Shown here in pieces: positions 13,256 through 25,451 of a DNA stretch of 64,000 bases. Position numbers and translations under genes: made by a program. Every line of letters starts with the position of its first letter. Position 1 is the stretch's first letter. This DNA is from an uncultured bacterium. Lineage in GTDB: Bacteria > Eisenbacteria > RBG-16-71-46. The notes below the pieces were generated by a model, which searched no databases, was not told the DNA's origin, and worked only from the letters and a program-made list of their open reading frames with translations. The stretch lies in NCBI GenBank assembly GCA_964609125.1, contig CAZSQX010000009.1:33887-97886 (forward strand), read 5' to 3'.

Positions 13256-14195
13256 GCGTGGGCGACGCCGGGCGCCGGTCGTGCGCGAGCGACCGCTCCC
13301 ATGCCAGCGTGTCGAGCGCCGTCTCCTCCAGCGGCCTCAGGCGCAGCCCCTCGGCGAGCGCGCGGGCGATACTCACGGTGTCCATCGCCTGGTCGGTCTC
13401 GTGGAGCCAGAGCGGCATCTGGAGCCAGGGTTCGACCCCCTGCCCTCGCAGGAACCCCTCGGGCACCCAGGTGAGCCGCGCATGGCCGCCGACCGCCCGC
13501 GCGATGCGCGCGAGGCAGTCCCCCAGCGTGAGCGGATCGGCGGGGCCGGTCGCGTTGAACGTTCCGCAGACGCCGCGCTCGACCAGGTCCACGAGCCAGG
13601 CCGCCAGGTCTCGCACGTCCACGAATTGCGTGGGAGCGTCCGGCGAGCCCGGCGCCAGCACCTCTCCCCCGCGCGCGAGCCGGCGCGGCCAGTACGGGAA
13701 CCGGTCGGTCGTGTCGTGCGGGCCCACGATGAGGCCCGGGCGCACCACCAGCGTGCGGGGCCCGAACGCCTCGCGCGCGGCGCGCTCGCAGAGGGCCTTC
13801 AATGCGCCGTAGTTGGCGCCGGTGATCGTCTCCGCGGCCGGATCGTCCGTCGTCGCGAGCGGCGCGTCCTCGTCCGCGCCGGCGCGGATGGGCTCGGCGT
13901 AGACCGAGACGCTGGACACGAACACGTACTGCCCGGCGACGCCCGCCAGCGCCCGCGCCGAGTCGCCGACCAGCCGTGGCACGTAGCCCGAGGGATCCAG
14001 CACCGCGTCCCACGTGCGGCCCGCCAGCACGCCGAGCCCGCCGTCCCGGTCGCCCACCAGCCGCTCGACGCCCTCGTGGAGCGAGGGGTTCGTCCGTCCG
14101 CGATTGAACAGCGTCGGCGCGTGCCCTCGCGCCCGCGCCGCCTCGACGAAGTGCCGCCCGAGGAACCGCGTGCCGCCCAGCACCAGGATCCGCAT
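13200..14195 (-). CDS. NAD-dependent epimerase/dehydratase family (extended SDR) protein
   Basis: 331 aa from the ATG at 14195: MRILVLGGTRFLGRHFVEAARARGH... (Rossmann GxxGxxG), YGALKALCE (YxxxK), PGLIVGPHD. Confidence 0.8.
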   Translation of the reverse strand: MRILVLGGTRFLGRHFVEAARARGHAPTLFNRGRTNPSLHEGVERLVGDRDGGLGVLAGRTWDAVLDPSGYVPRLVGDSARALAGVAGQYVFVSSVSVYAEPIRAGADEDAPLATTDDPAAETITGANYGALKALCERAAREAFGPRTLVVRPGLIVGPHDTTDRFPYWPRRLARGGEVLAPGSPDAPTQFVDVRDLAAWLVDLVERGVCGTFNATGPADPLTLGDCLARIARAVGGHARLTWVPEGFLRGQGVEPWLQMPLWLHETDQAMDTVSIARALAEGLRLRPLEETALDTLAWERSLAHDRRPASPTLTPGREAEVLAAWRARRP

Positions 14196-14308
14196 CGCGC
14201 CCGCTCTCCCCCGCCTTCGGTCGCCACGGGCGCGCGAGCGCCCGCGGACCGGCATGCGAAGGGGCGCCGCTCGCGCGGCGCCCCCGTGGTACCCGACCTC
14301 GTGAAGCC

Positions 14309-15445
14309 CTAGACGCCCCGGGCCAGCCGCTTCGCCACGTTCGTCTGCTCCCAGGCGAAGTCGCCGCGGCCGAAGTGGCCGTAGGCGGCGGTCTTCCGGT
14401 AGATCGGGCGGCGGAGCTCGAGCGACTCGATGATGCCCTTGGGCGTCAGGTCGAAGTGCTTTCGGATCAGCGACGTGAGCTTGTCGTCGCTCACCCTGCC
14501 GGTCCCGAACGAGTCCACCATGACGCTCACCGGCTCGGCGACGCCGATCGCGTAGGCCACCTGCACCTCGCAGCGATCGCAGAGCCCCGAGGCCACCAGG
14601 TTCTTCGCCACCCAGCGCGCCGCGTAGCAGGCGCTCCGGTCCACCTTGGTCGGGTCCTTGCCCGAGAACGCGCCGCCGCCGTGCCGGCCCATGCCGCCGT
14701 AGGTGTCCACGATGATCTTGCGGCCCGTGAGCCCGCAGTCGCCCATCGGGCCGCCGACCACGAAGTTCCCGGTCGGGTTGACGTGGAACTTGACCGGCTT
14801 GCCGTTCACGAGCCGCTTGGGCAGGAGCGGCATGACCACGTGCTTCAGGACATCGGCCTTGATGCGCTTCTGAGGCACGCTCGCGGCGTGCTGGGTGCTC
14901 ACCACCACGGTGTCCACGCGCACCGGCTTCCCGTTCTCGTATTCCACGGTGACCTGCGTCTTGCCGTCCGGTCGCAGGTAGTCCAGCGCGCCCGACTTCC
15001 GCACCTTCGCGAGCCGCATCGCGAGCTTGTGCGCGAGCATGATCGGGAGCGGCATCAGCTCGGTCGTCTCGTTGCAGGCGTAGCCGAACATCATGCCCTG
15101 GTCCCCGGCGCCGCCGGTGTTCACGCCCATGGCGATGTCGGGCGACTGGCGGTCGATCGTCGTCATCACGGCGCAGGTCTGGTAGTCGAACCCGTACGAG
15201 GCGTCGTCGTAGCCGATGTCGCGGATGACCTCGCGCACGAGGTGCGGGATCTCGACGTAGGCCTTGGTGGTGATCTCGCCCGAGACCACCGCCAGGCCGG
15301 TCGTGACCATGGTCTCGCACGCCACGCGGCTGGCGCGGTCCTGGCTGAGCATCGCGTCCAGGACGGCGTCCGAGATCTGGTCCGCGATCTTGTCCGGGTG
15401 GCCCTCGGTGACGGACTCCGACGTGAACAGTTGACGCGAGGCCAT
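14309..15445 (-). CDS. metK: S-adenosylmethionine synthetase
   Basis: [31 protein letters not shown]...[30 protein letters not shown] at 15445 with RBS CCCCAGGAG. Confidence 0.95.
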   Translation of the reverse strand: MASRQLFTSESVTEGHPDKIADQISDAVLDAMLSQDRASRVACETMVTTGLAVVSGEITTKAYVEIPHLVREVIRDIGYDDASYGFDYQTCAVMTTIDRQSPDIAMGVNTGGAGDQGMMFGYACNETTELMPLPIMLAHKLAMRLAKVRKSGALDYLRPDGKTQVTVEYENGKPVRVDTVVVSTQHAASVPQKRIKADVLKHVVMPLLPKRLVNGKPVKFHVNPTGNFVVGGPMGDCGLTGRKIIVDTYGGMGRHGGGAFSGKDPTKVDRSACYAARWVAKNLVASGLCDRCEVQVAYAIGVAEPVSVMVDSFGTGRVSDDKLTSLIRKHFDLTPKGIIESLELRRPIYRKTAAYGHFGRGDFAWEQTNVAKRLARGV

Positions 15446-15502
15446 GATGACTCCTGGGGAGTGGCGGCGCGGAGCGGCTGCTTCCGGCACGCCGGGTGGC
15501 CG

Positions 15503-16594
15503 TCAGCGTGCGCTCGCGCGCTCCGCCAGGCGGCGTTTGAACTCGTCGATGCTCGCGATGTCGGTGGGGTCCACCCCGCCGAGCAGCGCAAGGTACAAGC
15601 TGAGGGAATCGCCGAACTGAACCAGCGACGCGAGCCTCGCCAGACGGCCCTCGCCGTGGGAGCGGATCTCGTGGACGGCCGCACCCTGGCGAGCCGCCAG
15701 CTCCGCCGCGAGGTCCAGCCGGGTCGTGACCTCGGCCGTGTCCTCGCCATCCCGCAGCACCAGCACCGCGATCGAACGCGTGGAGGGGTTCGCCACCTGC
15801 CAGCCCACGATCTCGTTGTGGTTGTGCTCGGGCACGGCGGCGGAATGGGCGAGCACCTTAGCATTTTCGTTGAGCTGCTGCCTCCAGCGGTTCGCCACCG
15901 CGGCGACGGGGCCGGGGCCCGACCACAGGTGGAGCGCCCGTCCGGCCACGGCGCGCGCCAGGCGCTTGGCAGGGTTGACCGCCTCCGGGGCCGAGGGCCC
16001 CAGCAGGGCCCGGCGCTCGCGCAGGAGCGCGCCCGCCTCGCGCCAGCCCGAGGTGGGGTCCTCGGCCCAGCCGAGATCCGCGAGCAGCGCCGTGAGCGGC
16101 ACCCAGGCGTGGAACAGCGCCGCCCGCGGCGGCATCCCGCCCGGGAGCCGGTGGAGCGGCCAGCCGCGCTCGAGCGCCAGCTCCGCGAGCGGCCCGCCCG
16201 AGGCGAGCGCCATGGCGGGGAGCCCGCGCTCCGCCGCCGCGCGGGCGAGCGCGAGCGTCTCCTCCGTCCGCCCCGAGCTGCTGCTGAGGACGACGAGCGT
16301 GTCGCGGCCCGCCCAGGCCGGCCAGCGGTAGTCGCGCACCACGAGGAATGGCCGCGGCGAGCGGTCGGCCGACCCCGCGGCGGCCAGCTCGCCCGCGATC
16401 GCCGAGCCGCCCATGCCGCCGAGCGCCAGGACCGCGGGGCTCCGGAGGGGCGGGCGCCAGGGCTCGGCCGCGAGTGCGGCGAGCGAGCGCTCGACGTGAT
16501 CCGGCTGCGCGTCGATCAGCGCGGCCATGCCGCCGGGGTCCCGGGAGCCGTAGGGCGGCTCGAGCGAACCGGCCGCCCCGCTCACGCCCGCCAC
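15503..16594 (-). CDS. bifunctional phosphoglucose/phosphomannose isomerase (SIS-domain, archaeal-type PGI/PMI)
   Basis: 363 aa: ...VLALGGMGGSAIAGELAAA...LVVLSSSSGRTEETLAL...AHSAAVPEHNHNEIVGWQ. This pattern matches the PGI/PMI subfamily of SIS proteins. The start may be the internal ATG at 16528. Confidence 0.7.
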   Translation of the reverse strand: MAGVSGAAGSLEPPYGSRDPGGMAALIDAQPDHVERSLAALAAEPWRPPLRSPAVLALGGMGGSAIAGELAAAGSADRSPRPFLVVRDYRWPAWAGRDTLVVLSSSSGRTEETLALARAAAERGLPAMALASGGPLAELALERGWPLHRLPGGMPPRAALFHAWVPLTALLADLGWAEDPTSGWREAGALLRERRALLGPSAPEAVNPAKRLARAVAGRALHLWSGPGPVAAVANRWRQQLNENAKVLAHSAAVPEHNHNEIVGWQVANPSTRSIAVLVLRDGEDTAEVTTRLDLAAELAARQGAAVHEIRSHGEGRLARLASLVQFGDSLSLYLALLGGVDPTDIASIDEFKRRLAERASAR

Positions 16595-16628
16595 CGCTCC
16601 ACCTGCCGGACCCGAAGCGCCGGCGAGC

Positions 16629-18550
<1,922 letters not shown>

Positions 18551-18554
<4 letters not shown>

Positions 18555-18820
18555 GGCTCGCCCCCGAACTTTCCGTCCACCAGCTCCTGCAGCGCGGCGA
18601 GCGCCGCCTGCTCGTCCGGGCCCTCGGCCTTGACGTGGATCATGGCCCCGGCCTCGGCGGCCAGCATCATCACGCCCATGATGCTCTTTCCGTTCACCTG
18701 CAGGCCGTCGCGCGAGACCAGGACCTCGGACTGGAAGCGCGAGGCGGTCTTCACGAACAGCGCGCAGGCCCGCGCGTGCAGGCCCAATTGGTTGCGGATG
18801 AGCAGCTCCAGCTCCGGCAC
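18551..18820 (-). CDS. ptsH: phosphocarrier protein HPr
   Basis: 89 aa: MPELELLIRNQLGLHARACALFVK (His15 region) ...NGKSIMGVMML (Ser46 region). The stop overlaps the ptsI start. Confidence 0.9.
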
Positions 18821-18830
18821 CGTCGCCTCC

Positions 18831-19598
18831 CTACGAGCCGCGTCGCAGCAGGACCATGCCCAGCGCCAGGATCCCCAGCGCGAGGGCCCAGCGCGTGGGC
18901 GATGGGCGCGCGCGCTGGGCGGTGAGCAGGCCCAGGCCGAGTCCGCCGGCGAGCGAGCACTGTACCGCGATTGGCCGGGGCTCGCCCGCCGGCGCCAGCG
19001 ACCACGCCAGCGCGATCCCGAGCAGGGCGCAGCCGATCACGGCCAGCCAGCGCATCACGCGCTCCATCCGCACGCGCAGGCTCCCCGACAGGATGCCCGG
19101 GCCCTCGCGGTAGCCCCAGCCGACGCCCGAGAACCGGAGCGCGAGGTGCGGGATCGCGTAGAGCCCCCACAGCGCGACCGCGCCCAGGGCCGGCTCGCGG
19201 TACGTCATGGCCACGAGCACGCCCACCACCGCGGCGAACGGGCGGAGCGTGAACCAGAACAGCCGGTCCCCCACGGCGGCCAGCGTCGAGCCGAGCACGG
19301 ACTTGAGCCGCGACATGCCCTGCTCGTCGCCCCCGGTGCCGGCGGCGCGCTGCTCCTCGAGCCGCACCGCCGCGCCCAGCGCGATCGAGGCGAGCGTGGG
19401 CTGGGTGTTGAAGAACGCGGTGTGCTCGGCGAGCCGCTTCACGCGCTGGCCGTGGTCGGCATAGAGCGCGCGCAGCGCCGGAGCGAGCGCGAACGCCCAG
19501 CCGATCCCCTGCTGGCGCTCGAAGTTCCACGTCGCCTGGAGCAGGTTGGCGCGGAGTCCGATCGCGAACAGCGTCCCACGGCGCACGGGCCCGCTCAC
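18831..19598 (-). CDS. PTS mannose/fructose/sorbose family EIID component
   Basis: GTG start at 19598 overlaps the IIC stop (GTGA). VSGPVRRGTLFAIGLRANLLQATWNFERQQGIGWAFALAP...HTAFFNTQPTLASIALGAAV matches the IID FNTxP signature. 255 aa. Confidence 0.8.
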   Translation of the reverse strand: MSGPVRRGTLFAIGLRANLLQATWNFERQQGIGWAFALAPALRALYADHGQRVKRLAEHTAFFNTQPTLASIALGAAVRLEEQRAAGTGGDEQGMSRLKSVLGSTLAAVGDRLFWFTLRPFAAVVGVLVAMTYREPALGAVALWGLYAIPHLALRFSGVGWGYREGPGILSGSLRVRMERVMRWLAVIGCALLGIALAWSLAPAGEPRPIAVQCSLAGGLGLGLLTAQRARPSPTRWALALGILALGMVLLRRGS

Positions 19599-20299
19599 GG
19601 CGCTCCCGCCACGAGCACGAGCCAGGCCGCCACCAGCGAGGTCGCGAACACGCCGGCGCGCTCGAGCCGCCGCTCGACGAACGCGTTGAGGAGCTGGGCG
19701 ATCCCGAACCCGATCCAGAACGGCTGGAGCAGGTTCCACACCCCGGCGATGCGCAGCGACTCGCGCTCGACCACCGGCGCGGCGGCGTGGGCGAGCGCGA
19801 GGCACACCGCGCAGGCCGCCACGCCGAGCGCGAACGCCAGCGCCACCCCCGCCCACTGCGCCTGCGCGAGCGAGCCCTCGTGGCCGCGGCGGAGCGCCGC
19901 CTCGCACCAGCGCGCGAGACCCTCGTTCCGCCGGCGCTGCCAGCGGAGCACGGGCACGTAGAGCGTGGCCGCGGTCATCCCCACCAGCACGCCGATCAGC
20001 GACGCAGCCTGACGCACGTGCTCGAACGGCGCCGCGGAGGCGAGCAGCAGCGCCACGCCCGCCCCCGCCACGCCGCCGACGGAGTAGTCCTCGGGGGTGC
20101 GCGCGCCGATCGGCAGTGTGCTGGCCGCGAGGATCTGCAGCACGATCCCCACCGCCAGCGCCGTGGGCCAGTCGCCCCACAGGAACCCGAGCACGGTGGC
20201 GGTCACGAGCGGCTGCGACACCAGCGTCTGCGCCACCGGCGTGGCGTCCAGCGCCGCGAGCCCGCCCGCGAGCAGCGTGCCGAACAGGGCGCCGTTCAT
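19595..20299 (-). CDS. PTS mannose family EIIC component
   Basis: MNGALFGTLLAGGLAALDATPVAQTLVSQPLVTATVLGFLWGDWPTALAVGIVLQILA..., 234 aa polytopic. The ATG at 20299 overlaps the IIB stop (ATGA). Confidence 0.8.
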   Translation of the reverse strand: MNGALFGTLLAGGLAALDATPVAQTLVSQPLVTATVLGFLWGDWPTALAVGIVLQILAASTLPIGARTPEDYSVGGVAGAGVALLLASAAPFEHVRQAASLIGVLVGMTAATLYVPVLRWQRRRNEGLARWCEAALRRGHEGSLAQAQWAGVALAFALGVAACAVCLALAHAAAPVVERESLRIAGVWNLLQPFWIGFGIAQLLNAFVERRLERAGVFATSLVAAWLVLVAGAP

Positions 20300-20781
20300 G
20301 GGGTGAGCGCCGGGTCGAGCGCGGGGAGCGGCGTGGCGGGCGAGGCGGGCACGTCCTGCACGCTGAGCGCGACGCCCGTCGCGAGCAGCGCGCGCGCGTC
20401 CTCCCGGTCGGCCGGCCCCAGGTAGACGTAGTCGTTGAGCTTGTCCTTGCCGGGCGCGTAGTGGAGCCCGCCCACGTTCCACTCGCGCACGGCCGCCCCC
20501 GCCTCGACGAGCCGGCGCGCGGTGGCGAGGTCCCGCACGAGCAGGAACGCCGCGTCGGGCGCGGCCGCCTCGGCGGCGTGCGCCAGGGCCGCCTCGGCCA
20601 CGCTGGCCACGCGCACCTCGATGCCGGGCGCGGCCTCGCGGAACAGCGCCCGCTCCCAGTCGCTCGCCGCCACTCCGTCGTCCACCACCCAGATGCGGTC
20701 CGGCGCGAGCCGCGCGCCCCAGGCCACGAGCACCTGTCCATGGATCAGCCGGTCGTCGATGCGATGCAGCACCCAGCTCAC
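20296..20781 (-). CDS. PTS mannose family EIIB component
   Basis: GTG at 20781 overlaps the IIA stop. VSWVLHRIDDRLIHGQVLVAWG contains the IIB(Man) phospho-His motif (R-I-D-x-R-L-I-H-G-Q-V). Confidence 0.8.
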   Translation of the reverse strand: MSWVLHRIDDRLIHGQVLVAWGARLAPDRIWVVDDGVAASDWERALFREAAPGIEVRVASVAEAALAHAAEAAAPDAAFLLVRDLATARRLVEAGAAVREWNVGGLHYAPGKDKLNDYVYLGPADREDARALLATGVALSVQDVPASPATPLPALDPALTP

Positions 20782-21164
20782 GCCGGGACTCCGCGCTGGA
20801 CCCGGATGCTGTCGCGCCCCTTCTGCTGCAGGCGCTCCGCCAGCTCGACCACGCCCATCCGCTCGCGGTTGTAGAGATAGTCGAGGAGCAGCGGCAGGTT
20901 GACGCCGGTGACGATGACCACCTCGCCGTGCCGGCGGGCCGCCGACGCGCCGCAGGTGTGGCACGAGCCGCCCCAGAAGTCCGTGAACAGCAGCCCGCCG
21001 TTCGCCCAGCCCTGGACGCGCACCTCGATCTCGCGCTCGAGGTCGTCGCGCGAGCGACCCTCGTTCGAGAGCAGTTCCACGTCCTCGATCCGGCCCACGA
21101 CGGACTCCGCCGCCCGCACCAGCGACTGCGCGAGGTCGGCGTGCGTGACGACCAGCGCCGGCAC
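20778..21164 (-). CDS. PTS mannose family EIIA component
   Basis: VPALVVTHADLAQSLVRAAESVVGRIEDVELLSNE... matches IIA(Man) (I-I-I-A-T-H-G-x-L-A). GTG at 21164. An alternative GTG at 21203 would overlap the hprK stop. Confidence 0.75.
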   Translation of the reverse strand: MPALVVTHADLAQSLVRAAESVVGRIEDVELLSNEGRSRDDLEREIEVRVQGWANGGLLFTDFWGGSCHTCGASAARRHGEVVIVTGVNLPLLLDYLYNRERMGVVELAERLQQKGRDSIRVQRGVPA

Positions 21165-21199
21165 GCGCGACGCCGGCGCGGGGTCCCCCGGCGCGGGGC

Positions 21200-22171
21200 T
21201 CACTCGGTGTCCTCGCGCACCCACGCCCGGGTGGCGCTCTTCCGCTTCATCACCTCGAGCATGTGCTGGTTGAGCTTCTCGGCCGGCGAGTAGCCGCCGT
21301 AGACCTTGACCAGGTAGTGGAGCGCGATGACCTCGGCGATGACCGTGATGTTCTTGCCGGGCGTGATCGGCACCGTCACGAGCGGCACCTCCACGCCCAG
21401 GATGTCGGTCTTCTTCTCGTCCAGCCCCACCCGCTCGTAGTCCTCGTCGTCCGACCACACGCGCAGGTTGACCTCGACCTCCACCCGCTTCTGCAGCCGG
21501 ATCGAGCGGATCCCGAAGATGGACTGGACGTCGATGATGCCGAGGCCGCGGATCTCCATGTGGTGGCGCAGGAGCTGGTTGCCGGTGCCGATCAGCACGT
21601 CGCCGTGCCGGCGCGTGATCGTGACGACGTCGTCGGCCACCAGGCGGTGGCCGCGCTCGACCAGGTCGAGCGCCGTCTCGGACTTGCCGATCGCGCTCCG
21701 CCCCGTGAACAGGAGCCCGCAGCCGTACACGTCCACGAGCGAGCCGTGCACCGTGGTCGTGGGCGCGAACATGTGGTCGAGGTACGCGGTGAGCGAGTGG
21801 ATGAACGGCGTCGTGCTCTGCGGCGTGCGCAACAGCGGCACCTGCGTCGCGTTCGCCCGCTGGACCAGGTAGGGCGGCACCTCGAGCCCCTTGCACACCA
21901 CGATCAGCGGCATCGTGAACTGGAAAAGCCGGTCGATCGCGTCGCGCACCTGCTTCGGCGACAGCGTCGCGAGGTAGGTGAGCTCGGTCTGGGCGAGGAT
22001 CTGGATGCGCTCCGGCAGGAAGTTCTCGACGAACCCCATGAGTGCCATGCCGGGCCGGTTGATGTCGCTCACGGTGATCTCGCAGCGTGAGGCGAGCGAC
22101 TCGGACATCAGCTCCAGCTGCAGGTCCTCGCGCTGGTCCTCGAACAGGCGGGCGACGCTGAGGGACTTCAC
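21200..22171 (-). CDS. hprK: HPr kinase/phosphorylase
   Basis: ...SDINRPGMALMGF...HGSLVDVYGCGLLFTGRSAIGKSETALDLVERGHRLVADD (P-loop/Walker A)...EIRGLGIIDV... aligns along its full length with B. subtilis HprK. GTG at 22171 is assumed. The ATG at 22210 would overlap hpf. Confidence 0.9.
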   Translation of the reverse strand: MKSLSVARLFEDQREDLQLELMSESLASRCEITVSDINRPGMALMGFVENFLPERIQILAQTELTYLATLSPKQVRDAIDRLFQFTMPLIVVCKGLEVPPYLVQRANATQVPLLRTPQSTTPFIHSLTAYLDHMFAPTTTVHGSLVDVYGCGLLFTGRSAIGKSETALDLVERGHRLVADDVVTITRRHGDVLIGTGNQLLRHHMEIRGLGIIDVQSIFGIRSIRLQKRVEVEVNLRVWSDDEDYERVGLDEKKTDILGVEVPLVTVPITPGKNITVIAEVIALHYLVKVYGGYSPAEKLNQHMLEVMKRKSATRAWVREDTE

Positions 22172-22178
22172 GGTCGTC

Positions 22179-22553
22179 TCAGGCCTCGTCCTCGACCATG
22201 TCGTCCTCACCCTGCCGCCGTCCCGGAGACGGCGGCATGGCGCCGTTCGCTCGCCCGGCGCGGCGCGGAGCGCTGACGCGCTTCTCCTTGCCGCGGCGTA
22301 CGCGATCCTCGAGCCGGTCCGCGGCCAGCTCGATGGCGGCGCGCGCGTCGGCGTGGGACTCGGTGATCACGACGTCCACCTGGTGCGCGCGCAGCGTGAT
22401 CTCGGCGGTGTGGAGCTTGCGCTCCTGCGACACGATGACGCGCACCTCGCGGATGCCGCCGTCGTAGCGCTGCAGCTTCTCCAGGCGCTGCTGGGTGAAG
22501 GACCGGGTCTCGGCATCGAGTTCGCAGTGACGCGCGGTCAGGTGGATCTGCAC
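22179..22553 (-). CDS. hpf: ribosome hibernation promoting factor / sigma-54 modulation protein
   Basis: MQIHLTARHCELDAETRSFTQQRLEKLQRYDGGIREVRVIVSQERKLHTAEITL is the RaiA/HPF fold. It sits in its conserved position after rpoN. Confidence 0.88.
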   Translation of the reverse strand: MQIHLTARHCELDAETRSFTQQRLEKLQRYDGGIREVRVIVSQERKLHTAEITLRAHQVDVVITESHADARAAIELAADRLEDRVRRGKEKRVSAPRRAGRANGAMPPSPGRRQGEDDMVEDEA

Positions 22554-22632
22554 GGGAGTCTCCCTGGCGCCCCCCGGCGCCGGCGGGCGGGTGGGCCCGC
22601 GACCGGACGGGGGACGTCGCGTGTGGGGCGCC

Positions 22633-24072
22633 TCACGCCACGCGCCGGCGGAGCCGGGCGGGCAGGATCTGCAATTGTTCGCGGTACTTGGCCACGGTGC
22701 GGCGGGCGATCTGCAGGCCCTTCTCGTGGAGCAGCTCGGCGATGCGCTGGTCCGAGAGCGGGTCGCGCTTGTCCTCCTCGTCGATGAGTCCCTTGATGAT
22801 GTCCTTCGCGGTGCGCGCCGAGACGTCGTCGCCGTCGTCGGTCGCGAGGCCGCTCGAGAAGAAGAACTTCAGCTCGAACACGCCGCGCGGCGTCTGCACG
22901 TACTTTCCGCTGCAGACGCGGCTGACGGTGGATTCGTGCATGTCGATCTGGCGCGCCACCTGGGCCAGCGTCAGCGGCCGCAGGAACGCGATGCCCTTGT
23001 CGAAGAACTCGCGCTGCTCGCGCACGATGCAGTTCATGACCTTGATCATCGTGCGCCGGCGCTGCTCGATGGTCTGGATGAGCCACTTGGCCGAGGCCAG
23101 CTTGCCCTGGATGTACTCGCGGGTCTGCTTCTCCTCGGCGGTCGCGTCGGGCTTTCGCTTGTTGGCGGCGATGACGCCCTCGTAGGCCGACGAGATGCGC
23201 AGGCGCGGGACGTTGCGGTCGTTGAGCATGACCACGTATTCGTCGTCCACGCGCTCGACGAGCAGGTCGGGCACGACGTACTTGGGGTCCTCGGCCGACA
23301 CCAGCGTGCCCGGCCGCGGGTGGAGCGTGGCGATCTCGTCCGAGGCCTGCTGCACCTCGAGCACGCTCACCTTGAGCAACCGCGCGATCTCCGGGAAGCG
23401 CCGGTTGACGAGGTGGTCGAAGTGGTCGTGGATCATGCGCCACGCGATCGTGTCGCGGTCGCCGCGCGCGTCGAGCTGGATGAGCAGGCATTCGCGCAGG
23501 TCGCGCGCGCCCACGCCGGCGGGCTCGAGCGCCTGCACCACGGCGAGCACCTTCTCGACCTCCTCCTGCGGCACGCCCAGCGACTCGACGATCTCCGGCA
23601 TCGGCGTGACCACCCAGCCGCGGTCGTCGAGCGAGCCCACCAGGAACTCGGCGATGCGCATGGAGCGCTCGGGCAGGTTCAGGAAGTGCAGCTGCTCGAG
23701 CAGGCTCTCGGCGAGCGTCGTGCGCGTGACCGGGACCTTCTCGAGGAACTCCATGCTGGTTTCGCTCTGCGGCACATACGTGCGGTCGAGCGAGCCGTCC
23801 TGCAGGTACTCCGACCAGTCGATCGGGTCCTCCTCGGCGGGGTCCTCGGGCTCCTCGTTGTTCTGCTCGTCGGCGGACGACTCGCGGTCGATGTCCTCCT
23901 GCTCGGTGACCTCGTCCACCTCCTCGAGCAGCGGGTTCTGCAGCACCTCCTGTTTGAGGATCTGCTGCAGCTCCAGCGTCGGCACCTGCAGCAGCTTGAG
24001 CGCCTGCTGGAGCCGGGGCGTCATGATGAGCTTCTGGGTCTGCGACAGGTGCAGCGAGTGCTTCATCTCCAT
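22633..24072 (-). CDS. rpoN: RNA polymerase sigma-54 factor
   Basis: MEMKHSLHLSQTQKLIMTPRLQQALKLLQVPTLELQQ..., C-terminal RpoN box ARRTVAKYRE. 479 aa. Confidence 0.95.
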   Translation of the reverse strand: MEMKHSLHLSQTQKLIMTPRLQQALKLLQVPTLELQQILKQEVLQNPLLEEVDEVTEQEDIDRESSADEQNNEEPEDPAEEDPIDWSEYLQDGSLDRTYVPQSETSMEFLEKVPVTRTTLAESLLEQLHFLNLPERSMRIAEFLVGSLDDRGWVVTPMPEIVESLGVPQEEVEKVLAVVQALEPAGVGARDLRECLLIQLDARGDRDTIAWRMIHDHFDHLVNRRFPEIARLLKVSVLEVQQASDEIATLHPRPGTLVSAEDPKYVVPDLLVERVDDEYVVMLNDRNVPRLRISSAYEGVIAANKRKPDATAEEKQTREYIQGKLASAKWLIQTIEQRRRTMIKVMNCIVREQREFFDKGIAFLRPLTLAQVARQIDMHESTVSRVCSGKYVQTPRGVFELKFFFSSGLATDDGDDVSARTAKDIIKGLIDEEDKRDPLSDQRIAELLHEKGLQIARRTVAKYREQLQILPARLRRRVA

Positions 24073-24090
24073 GAGATCCGTCCCCGTCGC

Positions 24091-24858
24091 CTAGAGGGTG
24101 AATCCTTCACCCAGGTAGTATTGGCGAGCCAGCGGGTTCCCGGCCAGTTCCTGCGGCGTGCCGGAGAGCTGGATGCGTCCGTCGAACATGATGTACGAGC
24201 GGTCGGTGGTGTTGAGCGTGACGCGCACGTTGTGGTCGGTGATGAGCAGGCCCAGGCCCCGGGCGCGCAGCCTTCCGATGATCTCCTGGATCTCCTCCAC
24301 CGCGATCGGGTCGATGCCCACGAACGGCTCGTCGAGCAGCATGAACGACGGTTGCCGCGACAGCGCCCGCGTGATCTCCACTCGCCGGCGCTCCCCGCCC
24401 GAGAGCTTGTGGGCGTGCCGGTCGGCGAGATGGGTGAGGTTCAGGTCGGCGAGCAGCTCCTCGAGCCGCGACTCGCGCTGGGCCGCCGTGAGCGGCATGG
24501 TCTCGAGCACGGACAGCACGTTCTCGCGCACCGTGAGCCGGCGGAAGATGCTCGGCTCCTGCGCCAGGTAGCCGAGCCCGAGCCGCGCGCGGCGGTAGAC
24601 CGGCTCCGTGGTGAGGTCGCGGCCGTCGAGGCGGATGACGCCCTCGTTCGGGCGCAGCAGCCCCACGATCATGTGGAACGTCGTGCTCTTGCCCGCGCCG
24701 TTCGGGCCGAGCAGCCCCACGACCTCGCCGCGCCGCACGTTCAGCGACACGCCCTGCACGACGCGCCACTTGCCGTAGTAGCGCACGAGCCCCTCGGCCA
24801 CGAGGCCGTCGGTGGCCACTGCGGTCGCGGTGGGGGCGTCCGGCAGCACCTCGGTCAC
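24091..24858 (-). CDS. lptB: LPS export ABC transporter ATP-binding protein
   Basis: GLLGPNGAGKSTTFHMIVGLL (Walker A), LSGGERRRVEITRAL (ABC signature), LLDEPFVGIDP (Walker B). Conserved position immediately upstream of rpoN. GTG at 24858 overlaps the upstream stop. Confidence 0.9.
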   Translation of the reverse strand: MTEVLPDAPTATAVATDGLVAEGLVRYYGKWRVVQGVSLNVRRGEVVGLLGPNGAGKSTTFHMIVGLLRPNEGVIRLDGRDLTTEPVYRRARLGLGYLAQEPSIFRRLTVRENVLSVLETMPLTAAQRESRLEELLADLNLTHLADRHAHKLSGGERRRVEITRALSRQPSFMLLDEPFVGIDPIAVEEIQEIIGRLRARGLGLLITDHNVRVTLNTTDRSYIMFDGRIQLSGTPQELAGNPLARQYYLGEGFTL

Positions 24859-25451
24859 CGGTTCCCCCCCGACGAGGGTTTCGCCGTGCCGGCGCCCGCC
24901 TGGACCGTGGCCCGGATGTCGCCGCGGAACTCGAAGTGGTGGAGGTTCGGGTCGCTCTCGAATCCCACGCCCTCGAGCACCGAGCCTTCCTTCTCCACCC
25001 GCACCAGCCGGTCGGACAGGATCCGGTTGCGGCTGTTGGAGAACTGGAGCTCCTCCGTGCTCATGCGCCAGCCCTCGACCGTCTGCAGCACCACGTCGCC
25101 GCGGGCCACCATGTCGCGGGTGCGCTGGTAGAGCTCGCCCTCGCGCGCGACGAGTTCCGAGGACTTGGCGCCGGTCTCGTCGAAGAAGTCGATGCGGACC
25201 GTGCGGGCGGTGACCAGGTCGCGGGTGGTGAACGTGGCCGCCTGCTTGGCGAACATCGTCCACTGGGCGCGTCCCGAGTCGGTCTCGGTGATGGTGAAGT
25301 CCTCGACCTCGCTGTCGGGCAGCTCGCCGGAGGCTCCCGTGCCGGAGACCTTCTTCCCGCCGCTGCAGCCCGCCGGCAGGCCGGCGAGGAGGCCCAGGAG
25401 GAGCAGCGATGCGAGGGCTGCGACCGCGTTCCGGGGAGCGACGGAGGCCAT
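24855..25451 (-). CDS. LptC/LptA-family (OstA-like beta-jellyroll) lipoprotein
   Basis: MASVAPRNAVAALASLLLLGLLAGLPAGCSGG (lipobox LAGC), then a 180-aa beta-rich domain. Its position upstream of lptB matches lptC/lptA in the conserved kds-lpt-rpoN cluster. No separate lptA is present. Confidence 0.6.
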   Translation of the reverse strand: MASVAPRNAVAALASLLLLGLLAGLPAGCSGGKKVSGTGASGELPDSEVEDFTITETDSGRAQWTMFAKQAATFTTRDLVTARTVRIDFFDETGAKSSELVAREGELYQRTRDMVARGDVVLQTVEGWRMSTEELQFSNSRNRILSDRLVRVEKEGSVLEGVGFESDPNLHHFEFRGDIRATVQAGAGTAKPSSGGNR